Shown here: one piece after another, positions 1 to 8,210 of the stretch | How positions within the stretch are numbered: the stretch's first letter is position 1 | How the letters are laid out: the number at the start of each line of letters is the position of its first letter | DNA from: a virus | Lineage: Duplodnaviria > Caudoviricetes | Reading direction: 5' to 3' (one strand) | IMG/VR virus record: IMGVR_UViG_3300024284_000012 | Coordinates: 1 to 37,726 of that record | DNA: 37,726 nucleotides | Position numbers and translations under genes: made by a program | Notes under the pieces: generated by a model | What the model was told of the DNA's origin: nothing | Seen by the model: only the letters and a program-made list of their open reading frames with translations | Database searches by the model: none

Positions 1-887
1 ATACGAAGTGGCAAGACGCGGAGCGAAGGCGGGACGTTGTCGTAAACAACTTCGTGAACACTGTAGCGCTGAATCGCAAACTTAGCGCCCAAGCCGCGGA
101 CGTCGCGAGGCGGCAACGGGAAGCGTGCGCGAATAAATTTGAATCTCACCACGGCGCGGGTGCTTCGCTTGCTCGAAGATATATTCTAGAGACTCCCCTC
201 GTCACCGACTCGCCCCCAACCCGCACTGAGCAGAAGCGCCCTCCGCCCCCCGATGAGCTAGTCGGTGCGCTGCACGACAAGGTGCACGAGGAAGGCAAGC
301 TAATTGCGGCGCATCCAATAAAGACTTCCGCGAAACCTATGGACGAGCATCTGATTAAAGCCCTCGCCGCAGACCTCGACGCGGCCAATGCGCGCATCGC
401 GGAGCTGGAGAAAACCCAGCAGGTAGAATGCGTAAACCGTAGCAGTTGTGTTGATGAGATTGAGCGCCTCCGCGCCAAGTGCTCGCGGCAACGGCGAGAA
501 ATTCTAGCGCTCAATCGGAAGATTCTCGAGGTCCGCGGCGCTCAGGTTTGGTGGCTGAATCTTCCCGGATCTGAGAAAGCTGCTGGGGGCGCGTCTTACG
601 TTTGGCTCCGCAAGCAATACAAGCACTATCAGGAACTCTCGCGCCAGCAGGCCGAAGAACTCTCCGCCCTGCGCGCCAAGGAAGCGCCGGAGAAGGCGTG
701 GGAGCGAATGCGCAAGCTGACGATCGAAACACTCGACGGTCAAGGGCGGCATACGGCAGCGGCCGAACTCCGAGAATTCCGTCGATACGACTACCAACCC
801 CCGCAGCCCGAGCCGTCGCGGTGCATATGCATCGGATCGATGCGTTCCCATTGCCCCGAGCATGGCGGCGGGAAGGAATCAAAGTGA
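1..887 (+). CDS. Hypothetical coiled-coil phage protein, 5'-truncated
   Basis: Frame is open from position 3 (TKWQDAERRR...). Heptad-like segments, C-terminal CxC...HCxxH. Stop overlaps next GTG (GTGA 884-887). Confidence 0.7.
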   Translation, partial: TKWQDAERRRDVVVNNFVNTVALNRKLSAQAADVARRQREACANKFESHHGAGASLARRYILETPLVTDSPPTRTEQKRPPPPDELVGALHDKVHEEGKLIAAHPIKTSAKPMDEHLIKALAADLDAANARIAELEKTQQVECVNRSSCVDEIERLRAKCSRQRREILALNRKILEVRGAQVWWLNLPGSEKAAGGASYVWLRKQYKHYQELSRQQAEELSALRAKEAPEKAWERMRKLTIETLDGQGRHTAAAELREFRRYDYQPPQPEPSRCICIGSMRSHCPEHGGGKESK

Positions 888-3193
888 TATCTGCCGTTCT
901 GATAGTCCGCGATGAGGCCGCCAATCTGCGTGCCTGCCTCGAATCGGTGAAGCCGCACGTTGACGAAATCGTGGTAGTCGATACCGGCTCAACCGATGAT
1001 ACCGTCGCTATTGCGAAGTCGCTAGCCGATCGCGTCGAGCATTTCGAGTGGTGCGACGACTTCGGCGCCGCGAGGAACTTCGCCTGGAAACTCGCGAAAG
1101 GCCCATGGGTCATCTGGCTCGATGGAGATGACGTACTCCAGGGCGGAGAACATCTTCGAGAGATTGCAAAACGCTACGACGCCATAAGGAACGGGCAGCC
1201 ATGCATGGTCGCGCTGCCGTATGAGTACGCACATGACGAAAAAGGCAATTGCACGATCCTCCAAGTCCGCGAAAGGCTCGTCTGTCCTGTGGACGCTTAC
1301 GAATGGCGTGATCCTATCCACGAATGCTTGCACCCATTGCGGCCGAATACTCTTATCGACAGAGCAGAGGCTCGTGCTTCAGTGCAACATCGCTCCAAAC
1401 CAAGAATGGATGTTTCTCGTAACCTGCAGATCTTGCGGCGCTGGTATGATAGTTCGCCTGAGCCATCAACCCGAGCAATATACTACCTTGCTCGAGAATA
1501 TCTCACTGTTGGGGATCTCGGACAGAGCGTCCACCTCTTCACGAAGTACATAGGCCGCTCGACGTGGGAAGATGAGCGCTTCTTCGCGTGCATCGAGCTC
1601 TCGAAAATCTACGAGAAGTGGCAAGACTATGACTCGGCGTTAAGCATCGCTTGGGATGCGCTCAAGTCTCGCGAAAACTGGTTCGATGCCTACTTCGCGA
1701 TAGGCCGCTGCTATTACTGGCTTGCGCAACGCGGCGGACCAGAGGAACCGCGCAATTGGCAAAAGGCTCGGCATTGGCTGGAGCTCGGCCTTGGAATGCC
1801 ATCGATGCAAACCATGCTCCCATTCAATCCGCAGGAGAGGGAACATGATATCTACAAGTGGCTCAATGTAGTCCAGGCGAAGCTTGGCAATGTCTCCGCG
1901 GCGATGATCTCTTGCGAAAACGGGCTAGGCGTCAAGGAGGATGCCGCGTTACGCAACAACCTGGAGGCCTACGCAGCGACGATGGCCCGCCGGCGCATCG
2001 AGGACAGCCTAGGCGACCTGAAGCTCGAGCCTGGCCAGACGAGGGCCATCTTAGGGCTTCTGGACGCCCCGCCAAGGCCTCCGAAGCTGCCGGAGGGGAA
2101 GTTCGACGTCGTGGTCTTCGTCGGGCCCTCCATGGAGCGCTGGACGCCCGCAACGGCGGCTCGCGACGGCATCGGGGGATCCGAGACGGCGGTCATAGAA
2201 ATGACCAAGCGATGGGCTGCCGATGGGCACCGATGCCGGGTATACGGTGACTGCGATGGAATGGAGGGCTTCTACGATGGAGTCGAGTACCTGCACCACG
2301 AGCGATTCCCCGGGACTGAGTGCGACGTGCTGGTCGCCTCCCGCCGAGCCGATGCCGTGGAAGATGGCGTCTGCGAGGCGAAGCTGCGATTCGTCTGGAT
2401 CCATGATGTGCATCTCGGGGATCTGGTCACGCATGCACGGGCGTTGCGCACGGATCGGTTTTTGGTTCTATCGCGGTGGCATCGCGAGAACGTATTGAAG
2501 GCACATCCGCAGATTCACCCGGACCAGGTCATTGTCACGCGCAACGGGATTGACCTGACTCGGTTCGCTCGGATGGATATCAAACGGGACCCGCACGTGG
2601 CTATCTATTCGTCGAGTCCAGACAGAGGGCTTCTCTCCTTGCTGCAGATGTGGCCGGAGATAAAGAAGCGTGTGCCAGACGCCTCGCTAAAGGTTTTCTA
2701 TGGTTTCGAAAATTGGGAGAAGCTGGCAAGGGATAATCCTCAAGAAGGCGGCAAGATTGCCGAAATCAGGGGCATGCTGAGAGGCCTCGAGTCTGGCTAT
2801 GACGTGGCATATATCGGTCGAGTGCCACAAGAAGAGCTCGCGCAGGAGATGCTCTCCGCCGGCGTCTGGCTCTATCCGACCTGGTTCCATGAAACGAGCT
2901 GCATCACGGCAATGGAAGCGCAGGCGGCAGGGCTACGCATTGTGACTAGCCCGATTGGAGCTCTTCCAGAAACGGCGCCACACGCGACCTTCATCGAGGG
3001 GGACTGGCTAAGCCGGGATTATCAGGACCACTTCACCTTCGAGGCTGTCAATGCAATGATACGGGATGACGATGACAGAAAAGTCAATCCGACCTGGTTC
3101 GACTGGGATATCATCGCGGCAGAATGGATCGACATGTTCACGAATATCGAAAGAGACATGATGCCGAAGTATCAGGGGTTCAAATGCGAATAA
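884..3193 (+). CDS. Multidomain glycosyltransferase: GT2 (SunS-like) + TPR + GT4
   Basis: ISAVLIVRDE, VVVDTGSTDDT, DDFGAARN, WLDGDD (GT-A DxD); TPR-like helices (YYLAREY, DAYFAIGRCYY); GT-B motifs GIGGSET, YSSSPDRGL, ETSCITAMEAQAAG. GTG start at 884 preferred over TTG 602. Confidence 0.92.
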   Translation: MISAVLIVRDEAANLRACLESVKPHVDEIVVVDTGSTDDTVAIAKSLADRVEHFEWCDDFGAARNFAWKLAKGPWVIWLDGDDVLQGGEHLREIAKRYDAIRNGQPCMVALPYEYAHDEKGNCTILQVRERLVCPVDAYEWRDPIHECLHPLRPNTLIDRAEARASVQHRSKPRMDVSRNLQILRRWYDSSPEPSTRAIYYLAREYLTVGDLGQSVHLFTKYIGRSTWEDERFFACIELSKIYEKWQDYDSALSIAWDALKSRENWFDAYFAIGRCYYWLAQRGGPEEPRNWQKARHWLELGLGMPSMQTMLPFNPQEREHDIYKWLNVVQAKLGNVSAAMISCENGLGVKEDAALRNNLEAYAATMARRRIEDSLGDLKLEPGQTRAILGLLDAPPRPPKLPEGKFDVVVFVGPSMERWTPATAARDGIGGSETAVIEMTKRWAADGHRCRVYGDCDGMEGFYDGVEYLHHERFPGTECDVLVASRRADAVEDGVCEAKLRFVWIHDVHLGDLVTHARALRTDRFLVLSRWHRENVLKAHPQIHPDQVIVTRNGIDLTRFARMDIKRDPHVAIYSSSPDRGLLSLLQMWPEIKKRVPDASLKVFYGFENWEKLARDNPQEGGKIAEIRGMLRGLESGYDVAYIGRVPQEELAQEMLSAGVWLYPTWFHETSCITAMEAQAAGLRIVTSPIGALPETAPHATFIEGDWLSRDYQDHFTFEAVNAMIRDDDDRKVNPTWFDWDIIAAEWIDMFTNIERDMMPKYQGFKCE

Positions 3194-3414
3194 CGAAGGG
3201 ATTTGGCTTAGAAATAAGAACCTCCTGCTGTTTTCCAGGATGCAAGAAAACAGTGCTTGCGTTCGGCATTCCGGAAGTAGGCGTGTCCCCATTGGGTGGC
3301 CCGGTAGTGATTAGAGACGTTCATTTTCTAGATGACACATGGGGCGTCGTCGACGGGGCAGCCGTATGCATGGAGCACCATCCCAAGCTAATGGGACCTG
3401 ACCAATGCGAATAG
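3184..3414 (+). CDS. Small Cys/His protein (76 aa), possible Zn finger
   Basis: MRITKGF...; CCFPGC...VCMEHH; fills the gap between the two GT genes with overlaps at both ends. Confidence 0.6.
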   Translation: MRITKGFGLEIRTSCCFPGCKKTVLAFGIPEVGVSPLGGPVVIRDVHFLDDTWGVVDGAAVCMEHHPKLMGPDQCE

Positions 3415-4505
3415 CCTTTATCTATGGGCAATTCTCGCTCGGTCCGCGCCCCATTGATTTCAAGAATATGTGGACCTCTCCGCGAGGCCTGACCGGCTCG
3501 GAGCTGTCCTGTATCATGCTGTGCAAAGCGATGCGCGAGCGGGGTCACGATGCGCAGCTCTACATGGGGAAGCTCCCGCCCGATGGCTCGAAGTGGGATG
3601 TCGCCTATTCCTGGCTTGAGCCTGATCAGCTGCGGACTGTGAAGGCGAAGCTTCGAATGGTTAACCAGCAGGTCAATGATTTCGCGTACTGCCAGCCAGG
3701 CTACGACAAATTCGTTGATATCTATACGAGCCCGAGCAAGACACATCGGGACTATCTGCTGAGCCTTTGCGATGAATGCTGCGACCCGCGGAAGTGGCGC
3801 ATCCTGCCGAATGGCGTTGACCCGTCGCAATATGACGTCAGCAAGAAGGTCCCTGGTCGCGTCATCTACGCGAGCTCACCAGACCGAGGTCTGCATTTGC
3901 TCCTTGAGGCGTGGCCCGAGATAAAGCGCCGGGTGCCGCATGCGCATCTCCGGGTCTTCTACGAGATGAGCGAACACCTGAAGACGTTCGGTCATCAGGA
4001 GCTTTTCGTGCTCAATGATGGGCGTGGACAGCCTGTTGTGGAGCGAGGCCTGACAGAGATCGGCTATCGGATTCGCTACATCCAGCGGGCCCTCGAGCTC
4101 TACAAGCGATTCGACGTCGAGAATGTCGGCAGCGTTAGCCGCGAGAGAATGGCCGTCGAGATGAGCGAGGCTGAGGTTTTGGCGTATCCATGCGACACAA
4201 TTCGCTTCACGGAAGGGTTTAGCGTGACTACAATGGAGGCATGTGCGGCCGGAGCTGTGCCAGTCATCCGCGGAGTGGACTCATTGTCGGAAATCTACGG
4301 CGACCTTCCGAGTTGCCTGGCCGATACCAATCAACGCAAGTTCATCTCGGCTGTATGCATGGCTCTGGACAATACAGAGGGCTTCGCTGATGACTGCCGA
4401 TCGATTGGGTCTCGCATTGCCGGACAACATACCTGGCCAATCCTGGCGGAGAAGCTCGAGGAGATAATTCGTGAAGCCTCCGGTTCTGCTGATAACACCG
4501 CCTAG
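3405..4505 (+). CDS. GT4-family glycosyltransferase
   Basis: GLTGSEL, PNGVD, YASSPDRGL, EGFSVTTMEACAAG (EX7E motif). Confidence 0.9.
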   Translation: MRIAFIYGQFSLGPRPIDFKNMWTSPRGLTGSELSCIMLCKAMRERGHDAQLYMGKLPPDGSKWDVAYSWLEPDQLRTVKAKLRMVNQQVNDFAYCQPGYDKFVDIYTSPSKTHRDYLLSLCDECCDPRKWRILPNGVDPSQYDVSKKVPGRVIYASSPDRGLHLLLEAWPEIKRRVPHAHLRVFYEMSEHLKTFGHQELFVLNDGRGQPVVERGLTEIGYRIRYIQRALELYKRFDVENVGSVSRERMAVEMSEAEVLAYPCDTIRFTEGFSVTTMEACAAGAVPVIRGVDSLSEIYGDLPSCLADTNQRKFISAVCMALDNTEGFADDCRSIGSRIAGQHTWPILAEKLEEIIREASGSADNTA

Positions 4506-6021
4506 TCTCTTCCTGCTTGATGAGCGTGTGTTTATCTCGCTCGGCATCCTAAAAGTCGGCTCATCGCTCGAGGCCGCTGGGCATCAGGTCGAAATGCTCG
4601 ACCTGAGCGGCATCGAGAACTTCGAGGAAGTTGCGAGCATTCAGGCATTCCTGACGCCAGCCACGCATGCATGCATCACCATCACGACGCCACAGCTCCC
4701 GGCTGCCGTCAAGATTGCCGCCGCCATCCGGGCCACGCGACCCGACGTCCGCATCGTCGCCGGCGGCCCGCACGTGACCCTCGTCCACTCGGCGGTCAAG
4801 CTCGAGCAGAAGGCAGGGCGCGTAGGACGGGCGCACAGGGCTTTTGACAAGCTCCGGCAGCTCTTCGACGTCCTGGTCTCGGGAGACGGCGAGGGGGCCA
4901 TCCACGAGGCACTACGGCCCGGCGTGACGTTCGTCGACGCGGACGACCCGAAGGGCCTCCTGTTCCTGACCAACAAGACCTACGAGGCAAGCCCATGGCC
5001 GGCGAGACATCTGGTGGATGTGAAGAGCTACAAGTACGCGATCGAAGGGTTCCCGGCGACCAGCCTGATAGCGCAGCTTGGATGCCCGTTCGCGTGCGGG
5101 TTTTGTGGTGGTCGCAATTCAAACATGCTGCGCCGGATCCGCACCCGTTCCACGGAATCCATTGTGTCCGAAATGGAACATTTGTATTCGACCTACGGCT
5201 TTACCGGGTTCATGCTCTACGACGACGAATTGAACGTAAACAAGGGGCTCGTCGGGCTGATGCGTTCCATTGCGTCGCTTCAGAACCGCCTCGGGGTTGA
5301 ATTCCGTCTGCGGGGATTCGTCAAATCTGAGCTCTTCAATGCCGAGCAGGCTGAAGCCATGTATGCCGCCGGCTTCCGCTGGGTGCTCTGTGGATTCGAG
5401 GCAGCCGCGCCGCGCATTCTAGAGAACATCAACAAGCGCGCCAAGCTCTCCGACAACGACTCCGTTATTGACGTGGCCCACCGGCATGGCCTGAAGGTCA
5501 AGGCCTTGATGAGTGTCGGGCACCCAGGCGAGGAGGAAGGCACGATTCTAGCCGTAAGGGATTGGCTAGTATCCCGGGCACCCGACGATTTCGATTGTAC
5601 CACGATCACGACGTATCCGGGAACGCCCTATTACGATGAGGCCCTCCCGCATCCGGAACTAGCCGATGTCTGGACGTATATAGCGAAGAGCGGCGATCGC
5701 CTGCATTCGTACGACGTGGATTACACGGCCGTGGCAGATTACTATAAGGGCGACCCGGCCGGCGGCTATCGGAGCTACGTCTTCACCGACAAGCTCTCCA
5801 GCGAGGAGATTGTCCGGCTACGCGATCAGGTCGAAGAGGAGGCGCGAGCGGCGCTCAGCATCCCGTTCAATCCCGGGGCGCCTGGCGTCCGATTTGAGGC
5901 CTCGATGGGCCAGCTAGGCCGCCTGCCCGCCAACATCCTTCGCAGCTCGGGAGAACACAGCATGAGCCACGGCATGGTACGGAACGCGGGAACGCTCGAT
6001 GTAGCCGAAGTCGGCGAGTAG
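4471..6021 (+). CDS. Cobalamin-binding radical SAM protein (class B methylase-like)
   Basis: N-terminal B12-binding domain (SLGILKVGSSL, VAGGPHVT, GDGE); CPFACGFC CxxxCxxC motif; YDDELN, GFEA, GHPGE, YPGTPYY. Confidence 0.92.
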   Translation: MKPPVLLITPPSLFLLDERVFISLGILKVGSSLEAAGHQVEMLDLSGIENFEEVASIQAFLTPATHACITITTPQLPAAVKIAAAIRATRPDVRIVAGGPHVTLVHSAVKLEQKAGRVGRAHRAFDKLRQLFDVLVSGDGEGAIHEALRPGVTFVDADDPKGLLFLTNKTYEASPWPARHLVDVKSYKYAIEGFPATSLIAQLGCPFACGFCGGRNSNMLRRIRTRSTESIVSEMEHLYSTYGFTGFMLYDDELNVNKGLVGLMRSIASLQNRLGVEFRLRGFVKSELFNAEQAEAMYAAGFRWVLCGFEAAAPRILENINKRAKLSDNDSVIDVAHRHGLKVKALMSVGHPGEEEGTILAVRDWLVSRAPDDFDCTTITTYPGTPYYDEALPHPELADVWTYIAKSGDRLHSYDVDYTAVADYYKGDPAGGYRSYVFTDKLSSEEIVRLRDQVEEEARAALSIPFNPGAPGVRFEASMGQLGRLPANILRSSGEHSMSHGMVRNAGTLDVAEVGE

Positions 6022-6618
6022 TTCCTTCACCTTCTCGCCGAGCGTTCCGTCCTTGAAAAGATGGAGCTCAATAAGGAGCTTCGGCGAGAAGGCCAGAAGC
6101 AGATTCTCTGCACCCTTCAGGACTTCGACTTCCGCTCCCTCGACGTCGAGTTTCATCCAGTCGATTCGACGAGGCTGAGTACGCGAGAGCCAGTCATCTA
6201 GCCGCTCTACGCGGATGATATCTCCGCTCGGTTCGGGCTCGAGGGCATGAAACTCTTGCGTTGAGGCGTTGAGCCAGCCGGTCTTGTCGTAGCATCCGCA
6301 GTCGTAGATGCGACAGAAAGGCGACCAGTCATTCAGCTCGAGGCTTTCCGCGAATAGCTCGCGCTCAGTCTTCTCTCCTGGAGGCCCCTGCGGGGACCAG
6401 GCGAAGACTTGAGACGCGCCGGCTGCCAGGGCGGTCAGCGAATAGGAGCCGTATGCGGCGCCCACATCGAGTACGACGTCACCTGATTCAATCTTCCAAT
6501 CACGATCGCGGACGTCGGATTCGTCGTCGAAAGAAAACCAGCTAGGATGCTGGAAGCCGGCGCGCTCGGTGCACGAGATATTGTATGGCGCACCTCGGAA
6601 CGAGAGCTGCTTGATCAT
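5914..6618 (-). CDS. FkbM-family SAM-dependent methyltransferase
   Basis: VVLDVGAAYGSYSL (motif I), RLDDW, IDWMKLDVEGAEVEVLKGA, PKLLIELH. Confidence 0.92.
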   Translation of the reverse strand: MIKQLSFRGAPYNISCTERAGFQHPSWFSFDDESDVRDRDWKIESGDVVLDVGAAYGSYSLTALAAGASQVFAWSPQGPPGEKTERELFAESLELNDWSPFCRIYDCGCYDKTGWLNASTQEFHALEPEPSGDIIRVERLDDWLSRTQPRRIDWMKLDVEGAEVEVLKGAENLLLAFSPKLLIELHLFKDGTLGEKVKELLADFGYIERSRVPYHAVAHAVFSRAAKDVGGQAA

Positions 6619-6746
6619 TTCTTATGGCCTTTGAACCACTCGACCTGTCGCAGCCGTTTCTCCGCCTTCGCCTTCGTTGTCGGCTTGCTTAGATTCTTGC
6701 CGGACTCGCTCTTTACCACGTAGCCTTTGCCCTGCTTCACTATCAT
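6615..6746 (-). CDS. Small basic phage protein (43 aa)
   Basis: Hand-translated MIVKQGKGYVVKSESGKNLSKPTTKAKAEKRLRQVEWFKGHKK; ATGA-coupled to FkbM; not in the ORF track. Confidence 0.7.
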   Translation of the reverse strand: MIVKQGKGYVVKSESGKNLSKPTTKAKAEKRLRQVEWFKGHKK

Positions 6747-6780
6747 GGCGATCAGTATTAGCACAGCGGGCCATTGGGGC

Positions 6781-6939
6781 CTAGCCCTTGGTCTTTACAG
6801 GAGGCGGCCGTAGGGTCACGCGCGCACTCAATATCTGGACATCCAGCCGTAAACGCTCCACCTTCGCCGCAAGCTCGATGACCTGAGCCTCTAGCCTGGC
6901 ATAGTGCTCAACTAGCTCGGCGTTGGTGAGCTTCGGCAT
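6781..6939 (-). CDS. Small coiled-coil protein (52 aa)
   Basis: Hand-translated MPKLTNAELVEHYARLEAQVIELAAKVERLRLDVQILSARV...; starts directly after the stop of 6940..7134. Confidence 0.6.
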   Translation of the reverse strand: MPKLTNAELVEHYARLEAQVIELAAKVERLRLDVQILSARVTLRPPPVKTKG

Positions 6940-7134
6940 CTATCTAGTATGACCGATTCTCACTGAGCCGAGGTCCACGCCAAGGAAAAGCGAGAAGAGC
7001 CAGAAGATGATGGCCGCAATGATGATGATTCGTGCGATCCGGACGAACGTGGCATCGATGACCGGAAACTGGCCGATCAGCCAGACCACGAACCCTGCGA
7101 GCAGAATGATTCCGACGACGGTTAGTAGGCTCAT
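6940..7134 (-). CDS. Small two-TM membrane protein, holin candidate (resembles Thivi_2564-type proteins as recalled)
   Basis: Two hydrophobic helices, basic C-terminus, located at the end of the late block. Confidence 0.7.
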   Translation of the reverse strand: MSLLTVVGIILLAGFVVWLIGQFPVIDATFVRIARIIIIAAIIFWLFSLFLGVDLGSVRIGHTR

Positions 7135-7556
7135 GGGGGGCGTTTCCTTTGGCGATGCTCGGGGATGATGGGGGCAGGGTCCGGAGGCGTTGAGGACAGC
7201 TCCGGATGGGCGTAGCGGCGGAGCTCTCGGGTGGTCTCAGGATGCACCCTGGGCCCGAAGGCTTCCAAGGGAGAGGACGGTTCCAGGCCCTGGGCTCGCT
7301 CCTGCAGCATCCGAGCCTGCCTGGCATCTTCATGGTCCTGGCGACTTCCCTCTTCCACCATCAATCGAATATTTCGGGTGTCCTCCGGAGGAGGACCGGA
7401 ATTCCGCCGGCGGAGGTCCCTATCGGCCAGCTCTTTCCAGGCTGCCTTCCATTGGTCCCGATCGGCCTCTACCCCTTTGATGCGATCCCGTACTAATACT
7501 CCAAAGACAGCGCCAATCCCCGCTATGACGGCCGTTACAATGACCGGATCGGCCAT
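7131..7556 (-). CDS. N-terminal TM protein with coiled coil, possible lysis accessory
   Basis: PVIVTAVIAGIGAVFGVLV TM followed by a charged helix and a Pro-rich tail. Confidence 0.65.
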   Translation of the reverse strand: MADPVIVTAVIAGIGAVFGVLVRDRIKGVEADRDQWKAAWKELADRDLRRRNSGPPPEDTRNIRLMVEEGSRQDHEDARQARMLQERAQGLEPSSPLEAFGPRVHPETTRELRRYAHPELSSTPPDPAPIIPEHRQRKRPP

Positions 7557-7559
7557 GGC

Positions 7560-7835
7560 TCATTCCTCGAGCGGCGGCATGCGCTCTGTGTCGCGCTCCT
7601 CGAGGCGCCTCACGCGCGTTTCTAGCCTGGTGACATGCCGAGCGAGCTCTTCCGTTTTCGAATCGACGTCAATGGTCTTGGTGATGCAGTCATGCGTTAC
7701 CCGCATGAACTCATCGACGCGAGAAAGCATCACTTCGACTTCAGAGCACAGCTTATCGATCCGGCCTTCAATGCGAGAAATCGCTAAACCGGCCGCGTCA
7801 GAGTCGCTTAATTGCCCATTTGTTCCGATGGCCAA
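7560..7835 (-). CDS. Coiled-coil hypothetical protein
   Basis: Heptads (RIEGRIDKL, VTRLETRVRRLEE); TTG start at 7835 follows GGAGG; alternative ATG at 7901. Confidence 0.6.
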   Translation of the reverse strand: MAIGTNGQLSDSDAAGLAISRIEGRIDKLCSEVEVMLSRVDEFMRVTHDCITKTIDVDSKTEELARHVTRLETRVRRLEERDTERMPPLEE

Positions 7836-7886
7836 TAGACCTCCGATGGACGATTCTGGGAATCCTACGCTGGATCGCTGCGTCAA

Positions 7887-7917
7887 GCCATGCTGCGGCA
7901 AAAACCAGCAGCACGGC
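7887..7917 (-). other. Intergenic stem-loop
   Basis: Minus strand GCCGTGCTGC-N11-GCAGCATGGC, 10-bp stem with one GU pair, just after the stop at 7923; only two U follow, so not a classical intrinsic terminator. Confidence 0.55.
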
Positions 7918-7922
7918 CGGAA

Positions 7923-8210
7923 TCACTGGATTGCCTTCCTAGGCAGGCGCTCCGGGAGCTTCCGATTCCAGGTAGCCGGGTCGCTAGGATCCGACGATGG
8001 CCTGTTGTCACAGTACGGCTCGCCATCGTTCGCGCATACGCCGTATTCGCAGCATGTGGGCGGATTGGTGTCGTAGCATTTCTGCCCATGTACACCGCAG
8101 GGATAATCAGTGCCAGGACCGGTTTTCGGGGTAGTCGCCGGGGTGCCTCCGCCAAACATGGCGCAGGAAGAAGCGAGCAGCAGCGTGAACAGAATTCCTA
8201 GGCTCCGCAT
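7923..8210 (-). CDS. Cys-rich lipoprotein (95 aa)
   Basis: MRSLGILFTLLLASS-C signal/lipobox, G/T/P linker, six further Cys in a C-C-CC-C-C pattern; GGAG upstream of ATG 8210. Confidence 0.75.
   Translation of the reverse strand: MRSLGILFTLLLASSCAMFGGGTPATTPKTGPGTDYPCGVHGQKCYDTNPPTCCEYGVCANDGEPYCDNRPSSDPSDPATWNRKLPERLPRKAIQ

Noticed and set aside
602-883. TTG-started N-terminal extension of the 863-aa glycosyltransferase ORF
   Set aside because: Overlaps the upstream gene and reads as low-quality sequence; the GT2 domain begins at GTG 884, which overlaps the upstream stop
884-3414. Glycocin/RiPP cluster (SunS-like enzyme plus Cys peptide)
   Set aside because: No peptidase-ABC transporter, thiol oxidoreductase or convincing leader; the small ORF looks more like a Zn finger. 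Kept only as a minor alternative
7231-8076. 281-aa plus-strand ORF and many similar antisense ORFs across the window
   Set aside because: Ser/Arg-rich shadow frames opposite well-coupled minus-strand genes, expected in GC-rich DNA
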